Shown here piece by piece: positions 26,936 through 40,794 of a stretch of DNA of 64,000 nucleotides. This stretch comes from Felis catus (lineage: Eukaryota). A model generated the notes under the pieces. That model was given only the letters and a program-made list of their open reading frames with translations, did no database searches and was not told where the DNA came from. The stretch covers positions 56,732,001 to 56,796,000 of the forward strand of contig NC_058382.1 in NCBI RefSeq assembly GCF_018350175.1, in the 5' to 3' direction. Position 1 is the first letter of the stretch, and every line of letters begins with the position of its first letter. The position numbers were made by a program, and so were the translations under genes.

Positions 26936-29900
26936 CCTTACTAGTAATGTCCACCGCATTGTATTTCAAATGACGAAACCGCTCATAAACCCGCTTCAAT
27001 GGCATTTGTGGACAAAACAGTCAAGTACTCCCATATCCGCCGGCCAGTTGCCTGGGAATTTGGAATCAGCCTGCTGGTTAGCTGCAAGTTTTCATTTCCA
27101 TTCAAACTTTAGGCATCGCGGTGCATCTGTGGAGGGATAATGAAGGTCTTGGAGTAGGAAAGAGTTAAGCAGCCCCGGTCCTCCTGTGCCCACTGACCAG
27201 GTCCCCCCTCACCGCTTATGGATGACCACGTCAAAGGAAACAAAGGGGGCAAAAGGGAAAAATGAAATTTCCCAGGACAGCTCTTTAAGGACCCCCGTGT
27301 CACGCCTCAGTGCCAATTAACATTTAGCCGAATCCGTGGTTCACACCCGAACCAGCTGTCAGGCCCGGCTCTCCGGAGAAGGCTGCGCTGGGCTGGGATA
27401 TAAGTGTGGAGACCTGCACACTGATATTTAGAGAGCCAGTGAGAGCGTGTTCTTTATTTAGCACACTCTTCTCTTGTAACGTGAGGTCCTCGCAGATGAC
27501 CCCGCCGGCACTACTAATGGCCATCCCAACTTGGCTCAAGGAGATGGTTGTCTGCCTTTGGGCAGAGCCTGGGACTCGGCTCTCACGGGTGTGCCCTGGT
27601 GCATGGGGGTGTTGGAGGAAGAGAGGGGTGAGGGACCACACCCGGAAATGAGCACCTTGTGACACATCCCCGTCGAAATCACATAGACACGTCTAAACAC
27701 CTCAGCTCCTACATTTAGTTCTGCTAATAACATCTACTCTTGTTGTGACACCTAAATAATACAGGTTTATTGTGCAAAATTAGGAAATTAGGACAGGACA
27801 CAAAGGATGAAATAAAAAATGCATAACCCCACCATTCGGAGATAATTGCCGTTAATGTCTTCATGTATATAATCCTCCTGACCTATTTAAAACTTGTGAC
27901 TATATAAAGACATAGTTTACAAAAAACTGGGATCTCAGAGTTCATACAATTTTGCAGCCTGCTTTTTCCTCTCGACGATGTAATAGATACATTTTCCATG
28001 TCATTAAATATTCCCCGAGTAAGCATTTATTTTTAATGCGGGTGCCTCTGGCTTAAACAGCAGCAATACGCCAGCCACTCCTAAACGGGGAGGAATGTCC
28101 TGGCATTCTCGACTTGCTCAGACCCTATAGACTCATCCTCTTCTGATAGCCACAGGCCATTTTCCGGGACAGGGCTTAGGATTCCAGGGTGCAGACCCAG
28201 CCGTGAGGGTCTGGCTGATTGAGGGCTCTGTCGAAGGTACTCGGCCGCATAGACACTCGGCACCTTCTGAGCTGGTTCAAATGCAATTGAGAAATTAAGA
28301 AAAAAAAAAAATGCAAATAACCATCGAAGGTTCCAGGTTCCGGGCTGAAGTACCTCCCCCGGGGAAACAGACAAATGTGAGAGACACATTAACATCATTG
28401 TGGGTGTTCCGAAGCAGACGTCTTGCGGCAGGAGGGAGGGAAGGCTTTCTCAGCTTGTGCTGAGGTATATGCTTTGGAGAGACGGAGGAAGCTGGGCTGT
28501 GTGTCCAGGCCCGCACCGGAAGTGAGCGGGGAGCAGGGCCGTGTCCAAGCACCGTCGGATTCGAAAGGCCACCCCGCCTCCGTTAGGCCTCTGTATTATG
28601 ACCTCAGCCAGAATGGGGATCCCGGCTGGGCCGGGGGACTTTGAATCACCGAGAGGGAGTCCTTCAGACTCTGTCATTCTTTCTGATCATAAGCATGTAT
28701 TAGGCACCAGTGAAGTCCAGGGACGGCGCTAACGCGCATAGATTCACAGACCTTGAGAAGCTCACAAGCGAGAAAGGAGCCAGATGTGCAGTGGGGAGAA
28801 GGTGGATGTGCACTAAACGTCGGCATGAAGGAGGCACAGGGAGTGCAGGAGAGCGGACTCCCCGTTGACCGGGGCAGAATCAGGACCGGCCTCACAGAGG
28901 AGCCACGCGGGGGCTCGCACTTAGACGATGCTCGCCGGAGCCACGTGGCTGGAGGCCGTCCCAGGCCAAGGGAAGGGCGTCGGCAAAGGCCCAGAGGGTG
29001 TAGCTGGCATGTTGGAGAACCGGGATATGGAGGAGGGAGGGTGTGGCGGAAAGTGCAAGCAGTGGGGAGAACATTTCCAAGGGCCTGTGGCGCCCCCCAT
29101 GGAGTGTGGACGGCGTCCTGGGAGCCGCAGGGAGCCACACAGGGGTTTAGAGCTGAGAAGCACGGCGTTCAGGGGCCAGTGTCGAGAGCCAGTTTTAATG
29201 AAAACGTCCTTGAGGTGGTGAGCCGGGACTCGGGGACAGCACAGAGGCTGTCTGCGGTGCCCTGCCCTGACGGAGAAGTAATAGAATGGACGGCAGAAGG
29301 CAGAGGTGGACAAGGGAAGGACGTGGGAATTGGCCGACTGGGTAACTGACAAATTGGGTCCGGGAATGTCCTGAGTCTAAGATCAACGCGCCACCGGGCT
29401 TTCCTTTTTGTTTGCGTTGGTTCCTCGGCTGCATAGCAACGTTTAGCATCCCCCCCGCCCCCAAGTGTCTGCCTGTGGGAGTCAAGATGCGTCAAAGAAA
29501 GAAAAATCCATTCCCCATAGATAGAGCCGTACGTTCTGTTTATTTTTAAAATACTTTTATATTGTTAAAATGGAAGGCTTTGATTTTGTATCTATAATGA
29601 AATTGGGACAGATTGTAGTCGAGCTGGCGTTGAAGGAATCATGCTTTTTATTGTCTTTGAAACGATGAAAATATTTTCTGTCTTACAAAAATCACAGCTA
29701 CAATTGTTCATTCATCCAACAAGCCAATATGGGACATTTGGAAGGCAGGTGTGGTCTCTGCCCTTGGAAAGCTTAATGTTGAATCCTTTACCCAAAAGTG
29801 CATCTCAGTATTTGCTCCTGCCTTCGACAGGTGCTCACTGCCTTGAACATCAGTACAGTGAAATATTAACAATGTCAGAAATCAGTTGTCAAGAATTACT

Positions 29901-30965
29901 TTCAGTGGCTTTTAAATGTTTGGGGCTTCAATGTCCGTCTCACGTGTCCCTGCCTCAGGACCTTTGCACTTGCTGGCTCAGCTCTCTGGATTGCTCTTTC
30001 CCGGGACATCCATGTGCCTCCTCCTTACTCCCTTCATGGCTTGAATCAGATGTGACTCCTCAGGCCACCTTGTTTAAAATTGAGCCTCCACCCTAACTCC
30101 CAGAACTCTCTATTCCTCGTCTTATTTAATCCCTCCCCATAGCGATCATCTCTGTTGATCTTATTTGCAACTTTTCTCCTCATCTAGAATGTAAGCCCAG
30201 GGAACAGGAGATCTTGGTGGCTTCTGAGTATGGTTCTCTCCCCACCAGCTACAGGAGCTGAGCACCTGGCCCTCAATCAGCTCTCAGAGCGTATCTGTGG
30301 AATGAATGAATGAGCCCTCTCTGAGCCTCGGGATCCTCACCTGAAGCCTGGGGGTGGGCAGGGGGCTCACTAAGATGTGAGTGAAAGGAGAGTGAGGTGG
30401 AGGGTGGCTCAGGATGCTCGGGCGGTGGGGACAGCCACCAGCACCGTGGGCACAGCCAGGCTGCCTCGGCAGGACAGTGCTCAGCTGGTGTCCCCCTTGC
30501 ATTCTGCACATGTTCCCTGGCTTATGCAACCTTGGACTGAATACTTCGGGCCCGTAATGCTATGAAGAAGTTTTAGGAGTGAAGTTCTAATGCCGTAAGC
30601 GTCACTTTGGAAAGGTTTTTGTGTTTGTTCTGTTGTTCTCCTTTCTTCTTAACACTGTGCCTTTTAAAATGGGAGGCGTTGCACTTACGTTTCTTTAGCA
30701 GGAAAAAAAAAACCATAAGTATAGGTCACCCAAAATAGGAGTCAAAGAAGAACGTTCATCTGCAATTTCCACGATACTGAGCAAATGTGTTAATGAGTTA
30801 ATGAGTTGATGTGTGTGCACTCATGTAGATAGATGGGGAGATTTCCATTTATAGACATGTGTGCACGTATATACATGTAGATATCTGTATATATGGAGAG
30901 AAGGAGGCCACATATTTACATGTACTTTATAAAGTAATTAGGTCAACTAATATTAAAGAAATACA

Positions 30966-31177
30966 GGGGCGCCCGGGTGGCTCAGTCAGTTAAGCATCCG
31001 ACTTCAGCTCAGGTCACGATCTTGCGGTTCATGAGTTCGAGCCCCACGTTAGGCTCTGTGCTGACAGCTCAAACCTGGACCTGCTTCAGATTCTGTGTCT
31101 CCCTCTCTCTCTGCCCCTCCCCGACTTGTGCTCTGTCTCTCAAAAAAATATATAATGTAAAAAAAAAAAAAAAATTT
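30966..31177 (+). mobile_element. CAN-SINE (first of a tandem pair)
   Basis: ggggcgcccgggtggctcag head and A tail. Confidence 0.92.
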
Positions 31178-31192
31178 AAAGCTTATGTAACT

Positions 31193-31410
31193 GGAGGCGC
31201 CTGGGTGGCTCAGTTGGTTAAGCATCCAACTGAGGTTCAGGTCATGATCTCACAGTTTGTGAGTTCGAGCCCCGTATCCGATCCTGTGCTGACAGCTCAG
31301 AGCCTGCAGCCTGCTTCGGTTTCTGCCTGTCCTTCTCTCTCTGCCCGTCCGCCATGTGTGCTCACTCTCTCTCAAAAATAAATAAATACACAAATACATA
31401 AAATCTTTAA
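31193..31410 (+). mobile_element. CAN-SINE (second of a tandem pair)
   Basis: TSD aaagcttat(g/a)taact at 31178-31192 and 31411-31425. Confidence 0.92.
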
Positions 31411-34400
31411 AAAGCTTATATAACTGTCCAGGATTTATCGAGCCTCCATTCTGTGGGGTTTTTTTTTTTCCTCCAATGACAGCTTCCACTTGTTAAGTTC
31501 ACCCTACACAGTAGGTCACGTGACCGGTGGTATTGAGGGATTACCCCATTCCGTCCTCATAGTAGACCTGGAGACAAGCTGAGACCACATCCTTTTGCAG
31601 GCCCAGGGGACCTAGACATCAGAGGGTGTGATTTGTCCACAGTCACACGGTTGTTGCAGAGCAGAGAGCTGAAATTTATCTCTTTCTTTCGGCTTTAAAA
31701 TGCACACTATGTTCGCTGTGCCACGAGCCAGCGAACACAAATCATTAAAACATGGCTCCTACCTCCAAGCGTCTCACAGCGGGGCGGGAGGGACAGAGGT
31801 CGGTAGTGCGTTGTGGCACAGTGTGATGGGTGCCACAAAGGGGCTGTGGAAAGAGCTCTTCAGTCTGGAGGTTCCAGCAAGGCTGCAAAGAGAAAGTGAC
31901 ACTCTCTCTGGCCATTGAGCAGAATGGGATTCTGGGCAATTCTAGAGAATTGCATTCTGGGCAAAGGGAGCAGAATCTGCAAAGGTGGGGTGAGTGGACC
32001 ACCCACATATCCCTCAAACGGTGTCCAGGCTCTTCCGTAGGATGCAGTCGTCTGATGTTAGAGGATGTCCTGCTGTCACTGTTTTGCACACAGGAAGTCA
32101 GCCTGAGAAATCTCGCGCTGGCCAGGGAACGGTTATAGCTTCACCCAGGGCTGGCCTGGGAGGGGGCCTCTCCCCAGTTGCTCTCAGTTTGTATTCTACT
32201 TATCACGGGAAGTAGCATCAAAGTGAGCTGTGACCGTCACCCGAACGGAGTCAAGGGCAGTTAGGGATAGTGAGCAGGCTGGAATGATATGAGAGTCCTT
32301 TTCAAGAGAGAAGCGGCCCCGTGGAACGTGGTGGGGACGAGAGGGGGTAGGTACCAGGCGGCTCCAGGTGGCTTTGCTGGGTGGAGACTGGCACCATCCA
32401 CAGGACAGGAAAGGAGTGTGCTTGGCTCGGAAGGCGCGGAGTCTGCTTTGGGACGTGCTGGTTGTGGTGCGTGTGAAGCACTTGGCCAGGAATGTCCAAC
32501 AAGCCATTAGAAGTGTGGACCTGGGCGTTAGGAGAGATGTGGACGTAAAGCAAATGGGTGGTGATTGTAGCTGTCGGAACCAAGGGCGGCAGCTAGACCA
32601 GAAGCTGTGGGGACACATGGGGTCTCCAGTAAGGCAGACCTTTAGAGACTTGGGGGAAATTCCTCAAAGAGCTGACTGTGACTGGCAACCTATCCGGAAT
32701 AAGCCCCCGTCCTTCTCAGCCCGACTCATCCAGGCTGGTGCGAACGGCTGGGAAATGGGGCCCCGTGTTTCCAGCATATGGTGAGTGCTCTCTGGAGGTA
32801 GCCATGAATGTTACACTGACAGAAGGTCTGTGTGGGACCCAGCTGGACTGGCCAGGAACGAGGACTTGTGGAGGCCCATGGGTGGGGCTTAGAACCAGGA
32901 GGGAGAACGAGACCCAGAGGAATGTTCCCATCCCAGGGCCGAGTTCTGTCCCCGCTCACTGGGACCAGGGCTGAGGCCCTGGGATTCTCTCCCAAAGAGA
33001 CTGGTAACAGAGACCAGTTCTCCCCCCACTTTGAAAGGAAATCTGGACGGAGGAAACAGAGGCAATGCAGAAAACTCAATTTATTATTATTTTTTTAATA
33101 AAACGGGAAGGAGCCCTCCAAGGGCATTTTGTGGGTTTTATTGTCTGTGAAGGAAAACACCCTCGTCTTTCTCAACATTGTGTCTGCCCGAGAGGCTGAG
33201 CCAGTGAAAGGCAAGCCCAAATGTTAATCCTGACATTTGACTTCTTGTTCCTTGCTCAACTAACATTCAAGGGTGCTAATAGGCTTAGCTCTTCTCAGCA
33301 GAGCCAAGGCAATTTCAAGCACAAAATGAACGATGACGCCAAGATCACAAAAGGGCCGCTGGTGGGAACAGGGCTGGGGAATCACAGTTCGTTAGGTGGT
33401 CTTGTCCCAATAATGCTGAAGAAAGGTGATCCAAAGGACCGACGGTGCCAGATGTGAAATCAACGGGAGAGCCTTCCAGAACAATCCGTGGCCGAGTTGT
33501 TCTCTTTGCCCTTTCTCTCCGGTCTACGAATTTGCTTTCGGAACCACAGCAGTGGCATAATTGGAATCCGTCTTGTGTGACTTTCCCCCCCCCCTCAGAT
33601 GATTTAGAATTAGTTCAATTTATTTTCAAAGAGCATAACCCGATGACAGCATGATGGCGGTGTCTTGAATTGCTTTCCTGTCCACGGGTGGAGTGGGTGG
33701 GTGTCAGTGCCGATTCATTACTCTCTCAGCGGGCTCCTTTGTTTCGAAAGCCACCTGGAATTATTACCAGCAATAGAGCTCTACACCAAAGTAAGCTTTG
33801 CATAAAAATGCATTTGACTTAAGGGAAAACGCACGATCCTGATTAAAAGTAACCCCCGGACGGCCGACTTGATCAGGAGATCACGTCTGAAGGGGAGCAT
33901 GGTCCGTGACAGGGTGGCCGAATCCGGCTTGGACTGCGCTTTTCTAAGAGGAGCAGGCGACACTGATTAAGCACCTGAAATTAATGGGCAGGGGCCATTA
34001 ACACGCAGGGGACCGGTATGCAGACAGAGGTTGTAAAGCTGAAATTGTACCGAGTTGCACACACTTAGAACCTAATTTTAGAAACATCCTCCAACCCTTG
34101 GTGGGCATCTGCGCCTTTGTCATTGGGAGTCAGTAATTGAATTTTCTGGACGTTTTGACCAGTATGTAACTTTGTGAAGCCGATTACACAGCAGAACGCA
34201 ATGCTTAGTCTAACCTTAAAAGCATTACCTTCTGCTGTGTGATTGGAAAACATGCAGAGAGGGCCCGCCCTCCTCACTGCACTTGATCTGGGGGAGAGCA
34301 AAGGAAAAAAAGCCCACCTCACTATTCCATGTAACCTAATAAGATTCATTTAGATTCTACGCAGATCATTTAATAACAGATTTCGTAAAACCTTAACATA

Positions 34401-35374
34401 AGGAGCCACCATAAAACGTATTATCTTTTATTACCCATACAGAGAATGACATTTTAGATGGTAATAAATCGAAACCCAAGAAAAGCTATTTGCTTTCTCA
34501 GAGTGCTTGGTGAACACCAGAGATACCAGTTTCCGACATTATGCGGTGGCAGATTCGGCCCCCCAGGGTCACCTGTGACAGCCCCCGGCTGAGTTTGCTG
34601 AGGCCCGTCTGAGCAACATTTTCTTGTCCCCTCCCCCGCTTTTTCTGGAAAGGTCATTCCGATCTAAACCTCACTGCTGAGGATTCGGTCGTCCCACCTT
34701 TACGGTCCCCCCTCTTCCGTCTTAGACACCCCAGGAGTCGTGACAAGCCAGGAGCTGAGCCCGGGGTTGGGGCCAGCCACGGGGTATCTGCCATGAGGTT
34801 GAGGAGACCCCGGGCCACCAGCACCAGAGCATGCTAAGACCTCCCTTGATGTGGATGCCTCTCCAGGGGTAGGGCGGGGAAGGACTCTCCCTGCTGGTTC
34901 TTGGAAAGCCAGAGGCTGGTCAGCCTACCCTGCTCTGCATAAGCCGGCCCTCCAGAGACAGTTCAGGACCTGCCTTTGGACCGATACCCTCTGCAACGCA
35001 GGAAAGTAACCATCAGGCCAAGTTTTCTGTTTAGTGATCAGCCTAACCATCCCTTGATTTATTCATTCATCAAAAATTAACGGAAAGTGCCAGGCACTGA
35101 ACAGGCTGTGTGACTTTTTCCTGAGGGGTTTAGAATTCATTCCGTTTAGTTTCAAAGAGTATAACCCAATGACCACATAAAGGCAGGGTCTTAGGGCCTC
35201 AGTCCCTCAGCAGCCAGGCACTGGGGATATAGCAGGAATAAGTCAGAGATGGGGTCCTCAGCCCCACCGAGGTCTATAGTGAATACTCCGAAAATGACTC
35301 ACATACTGGAAAACACATATATTGAAGAGAAGACTCTCCAATACACCAATTTGGTATTGCCACTTGGTAGATGG

Positions 35375-35645
35375 GAGGGTCTGGAGGGCCGTAACCAATG
35401 ACCACATAATCTGTGGCTTCAAACAACACACAGTTCTGGAAGCCAGAAGTCCAAAATGAGCTTCACTGGGGTAAAAACCAAGATCTCAGAAGACTGGTTC
35501 CTTCTGGAAGCTCTAAAGAACAATCAGTCCCCTTGCCTTCCCTGCCTTCCGGAAGCTGCCTGCACTCCTGAGCCCATGGCCCCTTCCTCCCTCTGTAGGA
35601 CCAGCAGTGTAACTAACATCTTCAAATTTCTCTCCCTCTCCTTCC
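35375..35645. mobile_element. MLT1-type MaLR LTR fragment
   Basis: gtaaccaatgaccaca...cagttctggaagccagaagtccaaaatgag...tggttccttctggaagctct. Confidence 0.7.
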
Positions 35646-36147
35646 CTTCCTCCCGAGACCAACACATGAAGAGGAAATCGCTCTAAGTGTCATTAAGTCA
35701 ACCAAGAGGGAAACATCCACCATAATGTATAGACAGGGCTAATGCAGAAGAAGTGACTTCGGGAAGAGCAGGAAAAGTTTAGGGAGGAAGCAACATCTAA
35801 GGAAAGTGTATACAACCTTGGACAAGAAGCATTCCGGGGGGCAGGGGGGGAAACGTGTAGAGACGGCCTCCCAGGCAGAGGGCACAGTGTGAACAAAGAT
35901 GTAGGAACGGCCCAAGCTGGTAGAACGGCACAGAGTCCGGTGTTACAGGAATGTAACTGGGAGTGAGGAACGCTAGGAGGTCGGGCCGTGACAAGTGTGT
36001 CTTGTGTGCTTGAGGAACTTGACCACTATCCTGTAGCTGCTGCAGAGCCCCTGAAGCATTTGGAGGAGGGTCCTGTGGTCAGGTGGTTGTTTCGATGGCT
36101 TGCTCTGGGTGGCGTGGAGTGGAGAGTGGTTTAGAAGGTAGCAGAGG

Positions 36148-36384
36148 GGGGCGCCTGGGTGGCGCAGTCGGTTAAGCGTCCGACTTCAGCCAGGTCATGA
36201 TCTCGCGGTCCGGGAGTTCGAGCCCCGCGTCGGGCTCTGGGCTGACGGCTCAGAGCCTGGAGCCTGTTTCCGATTCTGTGTCTCCCTCTCTCTCTGCCCC
36301 TCCCCCGTTCATGCTCTGTCTCTCTCTGTCCCAAAAATAAATAAACGTTGAAAAAAAAAATTTGTTTTTTAAATAAAAAAAAAA
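36148..36384 (+). mobile_element. Young SINEC_Fc CAN-SINE
   Basis: CpG-intact body; perfect TSD agaaggtagcagagg at 36133-36147 and 36385-36399. Confidence 0.96.
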
Positions 36385-36879
36385 AGAAGGTAGCAGAGGG
36401 GCTGGTCTGGGATCTGCTGGAATAAGTCAGGTGAGAAAGATGGGGGAGCTGGAAGTCAGGCATGGCAGCGGCGGTGGTAGAGAAAGGGGGTGTCCTCCAG
36501 AGGGAGTGGGGCCAAATCAGCACCCACCCACTGGGGGGGGGGTGCAGGGGAACTTCCGAGGACCCCCCGGGGGCCAGCTTGAGCTGAGGGTCCAGGAAGA
36601 AGGCTGTGTTGCCGGGAAAGATGAGCTGCCATTAGCCCACGGAAGCCGAGGGAGAACATCCCCACTGAGACGTCTAGCAGGTGATTCTGGAAGTGGATGT
36701 CTAGTGCCTTGAAGGGAGTATCTTTTTTCTAGAAAGGGCGAGGAAAGGAAAAGTTTAGCAAACAGTGCTTCCTGGTTTTCATTTAAATTGTATCATACAC
36801 AGGTGAGTTTCAGTTAAAATCTCTTCGAGGGCAGGTTGACCTGTCCTCAGCACATGCTCGTTGGGACGGTGCTAATCAA

Positions 36880-37035
36880 AGTGTGGTCTTCAACCTTACC
36901 AGCCTTACCTAGAAACTTCCTGGGAGTGCACATCCTTGGCCCTAGCCTGGACCTCCTGAGCCATAAGCACTGAAGTGGGCTAAAAATCTGTGTTTTGAGG
37001 CGTCCACCAGGGGATCCCGATTCGCGCAAGCCCGA
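36880..37035. mobile_element. MER5A-like hAT fossil
   Basis: tcaaagtgtggtc...cctagaaactt...aatctgtgttttga...cagggga. Confidence 0.45.
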
Positions 37036-37978
37036 GAAACCCCGACTCAGACAATATGTCTAAGCACCTACCCTTAGCAGGCATAACGTTGCCGTGACAA
37101 TTCAGGGCCAAAGGGTTGGAAAACACAGGCTAATGGAGTCAACAGTGGGCTGTGGAAACATAAAAACCATAAAGAAAGAGCACCTTAGGTTTAATTTTCC
37201 TCCAACTTTTAGGATCTGTATTTTCTTGTCTCTGACTGATAAAAGTGAGAAATTCTCAGGATTCCCTTACTCTGTTGCCTCACTGGTAAGGGAGGCTGTG
37301 AGCCTTGAAGGCAGGCCTGGGCCGAATGATCTTGGAGACACTTTCAAGAACCAGTAGGCTGCATCTCGTCACCTCGCGAACCTGACTCCAGCCACGCCAG
37401 TGACCCTGTCTCAGCTGGCCACCTCCATGCTGGTTCCCAGGCTCTCCCTCCCGCTCTGAATGCGCCCCCCATCATACTCATCCTCAGAAACTCAGCTCCA
37501 GCCTGCACTTACCCCAAGCCACCGAGAGGCCACCATAGCCCCCACCCCTAGCTGCACCTGTCACACCCAGACCCACTGACCACGCATTCCACACGTATCA
37601 CCTAGTGCCTTGTGGAATCGCTTGTATGCGTTTTATATGCAGCCAGCCTCTGAGTTCTTTGCACGTGGGGATTATATTTTATATTTCTTGTTCCCACAGT
37701 GTCCTGACCTGAATCACAATCAGTCTTCAGTTGTTATTGAATGATGGAATTTAATAGCATTTAGGATTAATAGCCTCCCATCTTCTCTCATAGAAATTCA
37801 CTTCCACATCAAGACCCCATCTCTGATCCTGTACTAGGATATTCTTTTTCGCAGGAATGTGTCCTTAACGCCCCCCACCCCATGTCCAGGTCAAGTGGCC
37901 TCTTCTGTGTGATGCCACAGCATTCATCTTACTTTACTCCCACCTTACCCTACTGAAATTAAGTGGGGATTATTTCCC

Positions 37979-38201
37979 TTTTTTTTTTAACTTTATTTAT
38001 TTATTTTGAGAGAGAGAGAGAGAGAATGAGCAGGGGAGGAGCAGAGAGAGAGAGGGAGACACAGAATCCAAAAACAGGCTCCAGGCTCCAAGCTGTCAGC
38101 ACAGAGCCGGACGCAGGGCTCAGACTCATGAACCGTGAGATCATGACCCGAGCTCAGATCGAGAGTCAGACACCTAACCAACTAAGCTACCCAGGTGCCC
38201 C
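37979..38201 (-). mobile_element. CAN-SINE
   Basis: TSD tggggattattt; reverse tRNA head. Confidence 0.92.
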
Positions 38202-39331
38202 TCTGGGGATTATTTTGAACTCCACATGGCTACCTTTCCTTATCACTGCTATCTAGCACAAAGTCTCATGCATAGTAAGTGCTCAATAAAAGCTTGGTAA
38301 ATGAAATAACCCCCATATGGCCTTCCTGACACCCCGTGTTCCAACCCCCTTCTCGTAGATTTTCACTGGCACACTTAGGATGATATTTATCTCATCGTAC
38401 CTTGATTCTTGTTTATTTATCTAGCATATAAATGCACTAAAACATCACATCCGAGCAGAGTTACCTGAACCTAGTAAGACATTGTATGAATGTTTCAGTG
38501 GCATCAACCTGAATGTCACACGTTTACCATCTTGGGTCTAAAGAGGGTGATTTTTCCAAGTTTGCAATGAGTGCTGTTGGCGGTTTATTTACTGTAACTC
38601 ATCAGTAACATCGGAAAACATACACTGCTCCTGGATATGTTTTATTTGATTTTGGTGTCCCTCCACCTGAAATCTATCACTTACGTCATCCCAACTACAC
38701 ATTTCTAAGAGGCAGTGTTTATTTCCCTTGTTGCTTCCCCACCCTGCCAGCTTTGTCGGCAGCCAGTAAATCTGGGGAAATGGGCTCGGCCTTCTCCTTA
38801 CCCAGAAGACCCCAGCCGGGAATAAAAACACAGCAGGTGACAGCCAAGAACATGAATGTTCGCATTAGCACCGAGGAGCAAGGTGAACGGAGGCCTAAGG
38901 ACGAACACAAGTCAAATGGACTCACGCTCTCTGTGGGAAGATGGAAGAAAGGCACTCAGCGTCTGCGGTGGGAAGAAGGCACAATTTACGAGGAAATGTA
39001 TGTGGTTCCTGTTGGATTTATGGACTGCCTCTCCCCCGTGTTATGTGGCCAGAGTGGATAAATCAAACTCCAGACAGACAGCAACTCGTTCTGCTTCAGA
39101 TAATGTTTTCACCAATCTGTTTGCAATATTTATAGACCAGTTGCCAGGTGCAGCCAACCTGGAGAAGAATGTGTGGTCCCTGATCAGGTGCCATATTGTT
39201 AGGAGTCTTGCAATGCTCAGCTTGGGACAAGTCGATGAATAAATAAATAAATGAATCACATTATATCTTTGCTGTCAATCTCATGTTAATATTTCTCGTT
39301 AACAATACCTTCCATGTTAGACAACAAAGGT

Positions 39332-39568
39332 ATTTTTTGAAGGTCTTTTTAAAATTTATTTCAACTTGTTTTTGAGAGAGAGAGAGAGAGACAGTGAGAG
39401 ACCGAGCATGAACAGGGGAGGGGCAGAGAGAGAGGGAGACACAGAATCCGAAGCAGGCTCCAGGCTCTGTCAGCACAGAGCCCGACGTGGGGCTTGAACC
39501 CACGAACCGTGAGATCATGACCTGAGCTGAAGTCAGACGCTTAACCAACTGAGCCACCCAAGTGCCCC
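39332..39568 (-). mobile_element. CAN-SINE
   Basis: TSD atgttagacaac; reverse tRNA head. Confidence 0.92.
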
Positions 39569-39686
39569 AATGTTAGACAACTAAGGGATTTATTGAAAAA
39601 GACTGCTTACAGATTTCCTTGACTCCTGTAGCCCATTGATAAGCTAGAGCTTGCTCTCACTGGCTCAGAATAACCGATTGTGTCCA

Positions 39687-40135
39687 CAGTAGTCTCTCCT
39701 TACCTCCTGGGAGATGTTCCAAATCTCCTAGTGGACGCCTCAAGCCACAGATGGTGCTGAATCCTACGTAGAGTATGTGCTTTCCTGTCCATACCTGTGA
39801 TAAAGTTTAACCTATAAATTAGGCACAGGAAGAGATCAACAACAATAATAAAACAGAACCATCAAAACAATAAATACACTGCAAGTCATGTGAATGTGCT
39901 CCCTCTACCCCAAAATATCTTATTGTGACCACCGCTCTCCTTGTGGTGACCTGAGATGATAAAATGCCCACATGATGGGCTGTAGTGAAGTGAATGACAG
40001 AGGCATGTGATGTGACGTCAGGCTGCTGTTGGCCTTCTGACACCATGTCAGAAGGAGAAGCGTTCGATTCCAGACCAAGGTTGACCACGGGTAACAGAAA
40101 CCACAAAAATCAAAACCAAGGATAAGGGGGATCTC
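39687..40135 (-). mobile_element. MER44-like TcMar-Tigger non-autonomous DNA transposon
   Basis: Terminal inverted repeats cagtagtctctccttacc ... ggataaggggga; internal ggttgaccacgggtaac. Confidence 0.75.
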
Positions 40136-40794
40136 TTTCCATCTGTGCGATCAACCCCGTCATGTCGGTAGCTCAAAATCAGCCACAGGAGGAGTATTTA
40201 AGCCACCAAAGTTGAACAACGTTACAAATCAGGAGAGCCTGTTGCTAAGCATTACAGACATACCACTCCGTGTCATTCATTATTTTGGTAAAACATATCC
40301 ATAACTGACTAATTATTGTGTAACTCTGATGTGCCAGGCACTGAATTAGGACCTGGGAGATAAAGCTCTCAACAAGACAGGGTCCCTGACCTCCTGGAGC
40401 TCCAACAGGCAGAGTTAAGACAGCCAATAAACAAACAATCAATAAACAAGAATATGACAGACTGTGATTAAGTGCTGGGGGAAACCTGGATTCGTTATTT
40501 ATTGTTGCATAACAAATTACCCCAAGACATAATGACTTCCAATCACAGATATTTATTATCTCATGATGTCTGTGCTCGGGAGTCTGGACATGTCTCAGCT
40601 GTGTCCTCTACCTGGGGAGCTCTCACAAAGCTGCAATCCGCACATTTGCCCCGAATCTGCAGCACCATAAGAAGGTGTGACTGGGAAGGATCCATTTCCA
40701 GGCTTGTGCAGTGGTTCTCAGCAGCATCCAATACTTTTTGACTACTCCCGGAGGCCGCACTCCGTTTCTTGCCATCCCTTTAAAAGGCTCTCCA

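Noticed and set aside
28674..29495. Stack of long overlapping ORFs and a possible CpG island
   Set aside because: GC-rich sequence is stop-poor in all frames; G/R/P-biased translations with no homology I recognise and only moderate CpG density.
30977..31381. Recurrent ORFs of the MAQSVK.PTSAQVMIS type
   Set aside because: Translations of SINE sequence, repeated at every copy.
36148..36230. tRNA genes at GGGGCGCCTGGGTGGC... motifs
   Set aside because: These are tRNA-derived heads of CAN-SINEs followed by CT tracts, A tails and TSDs.
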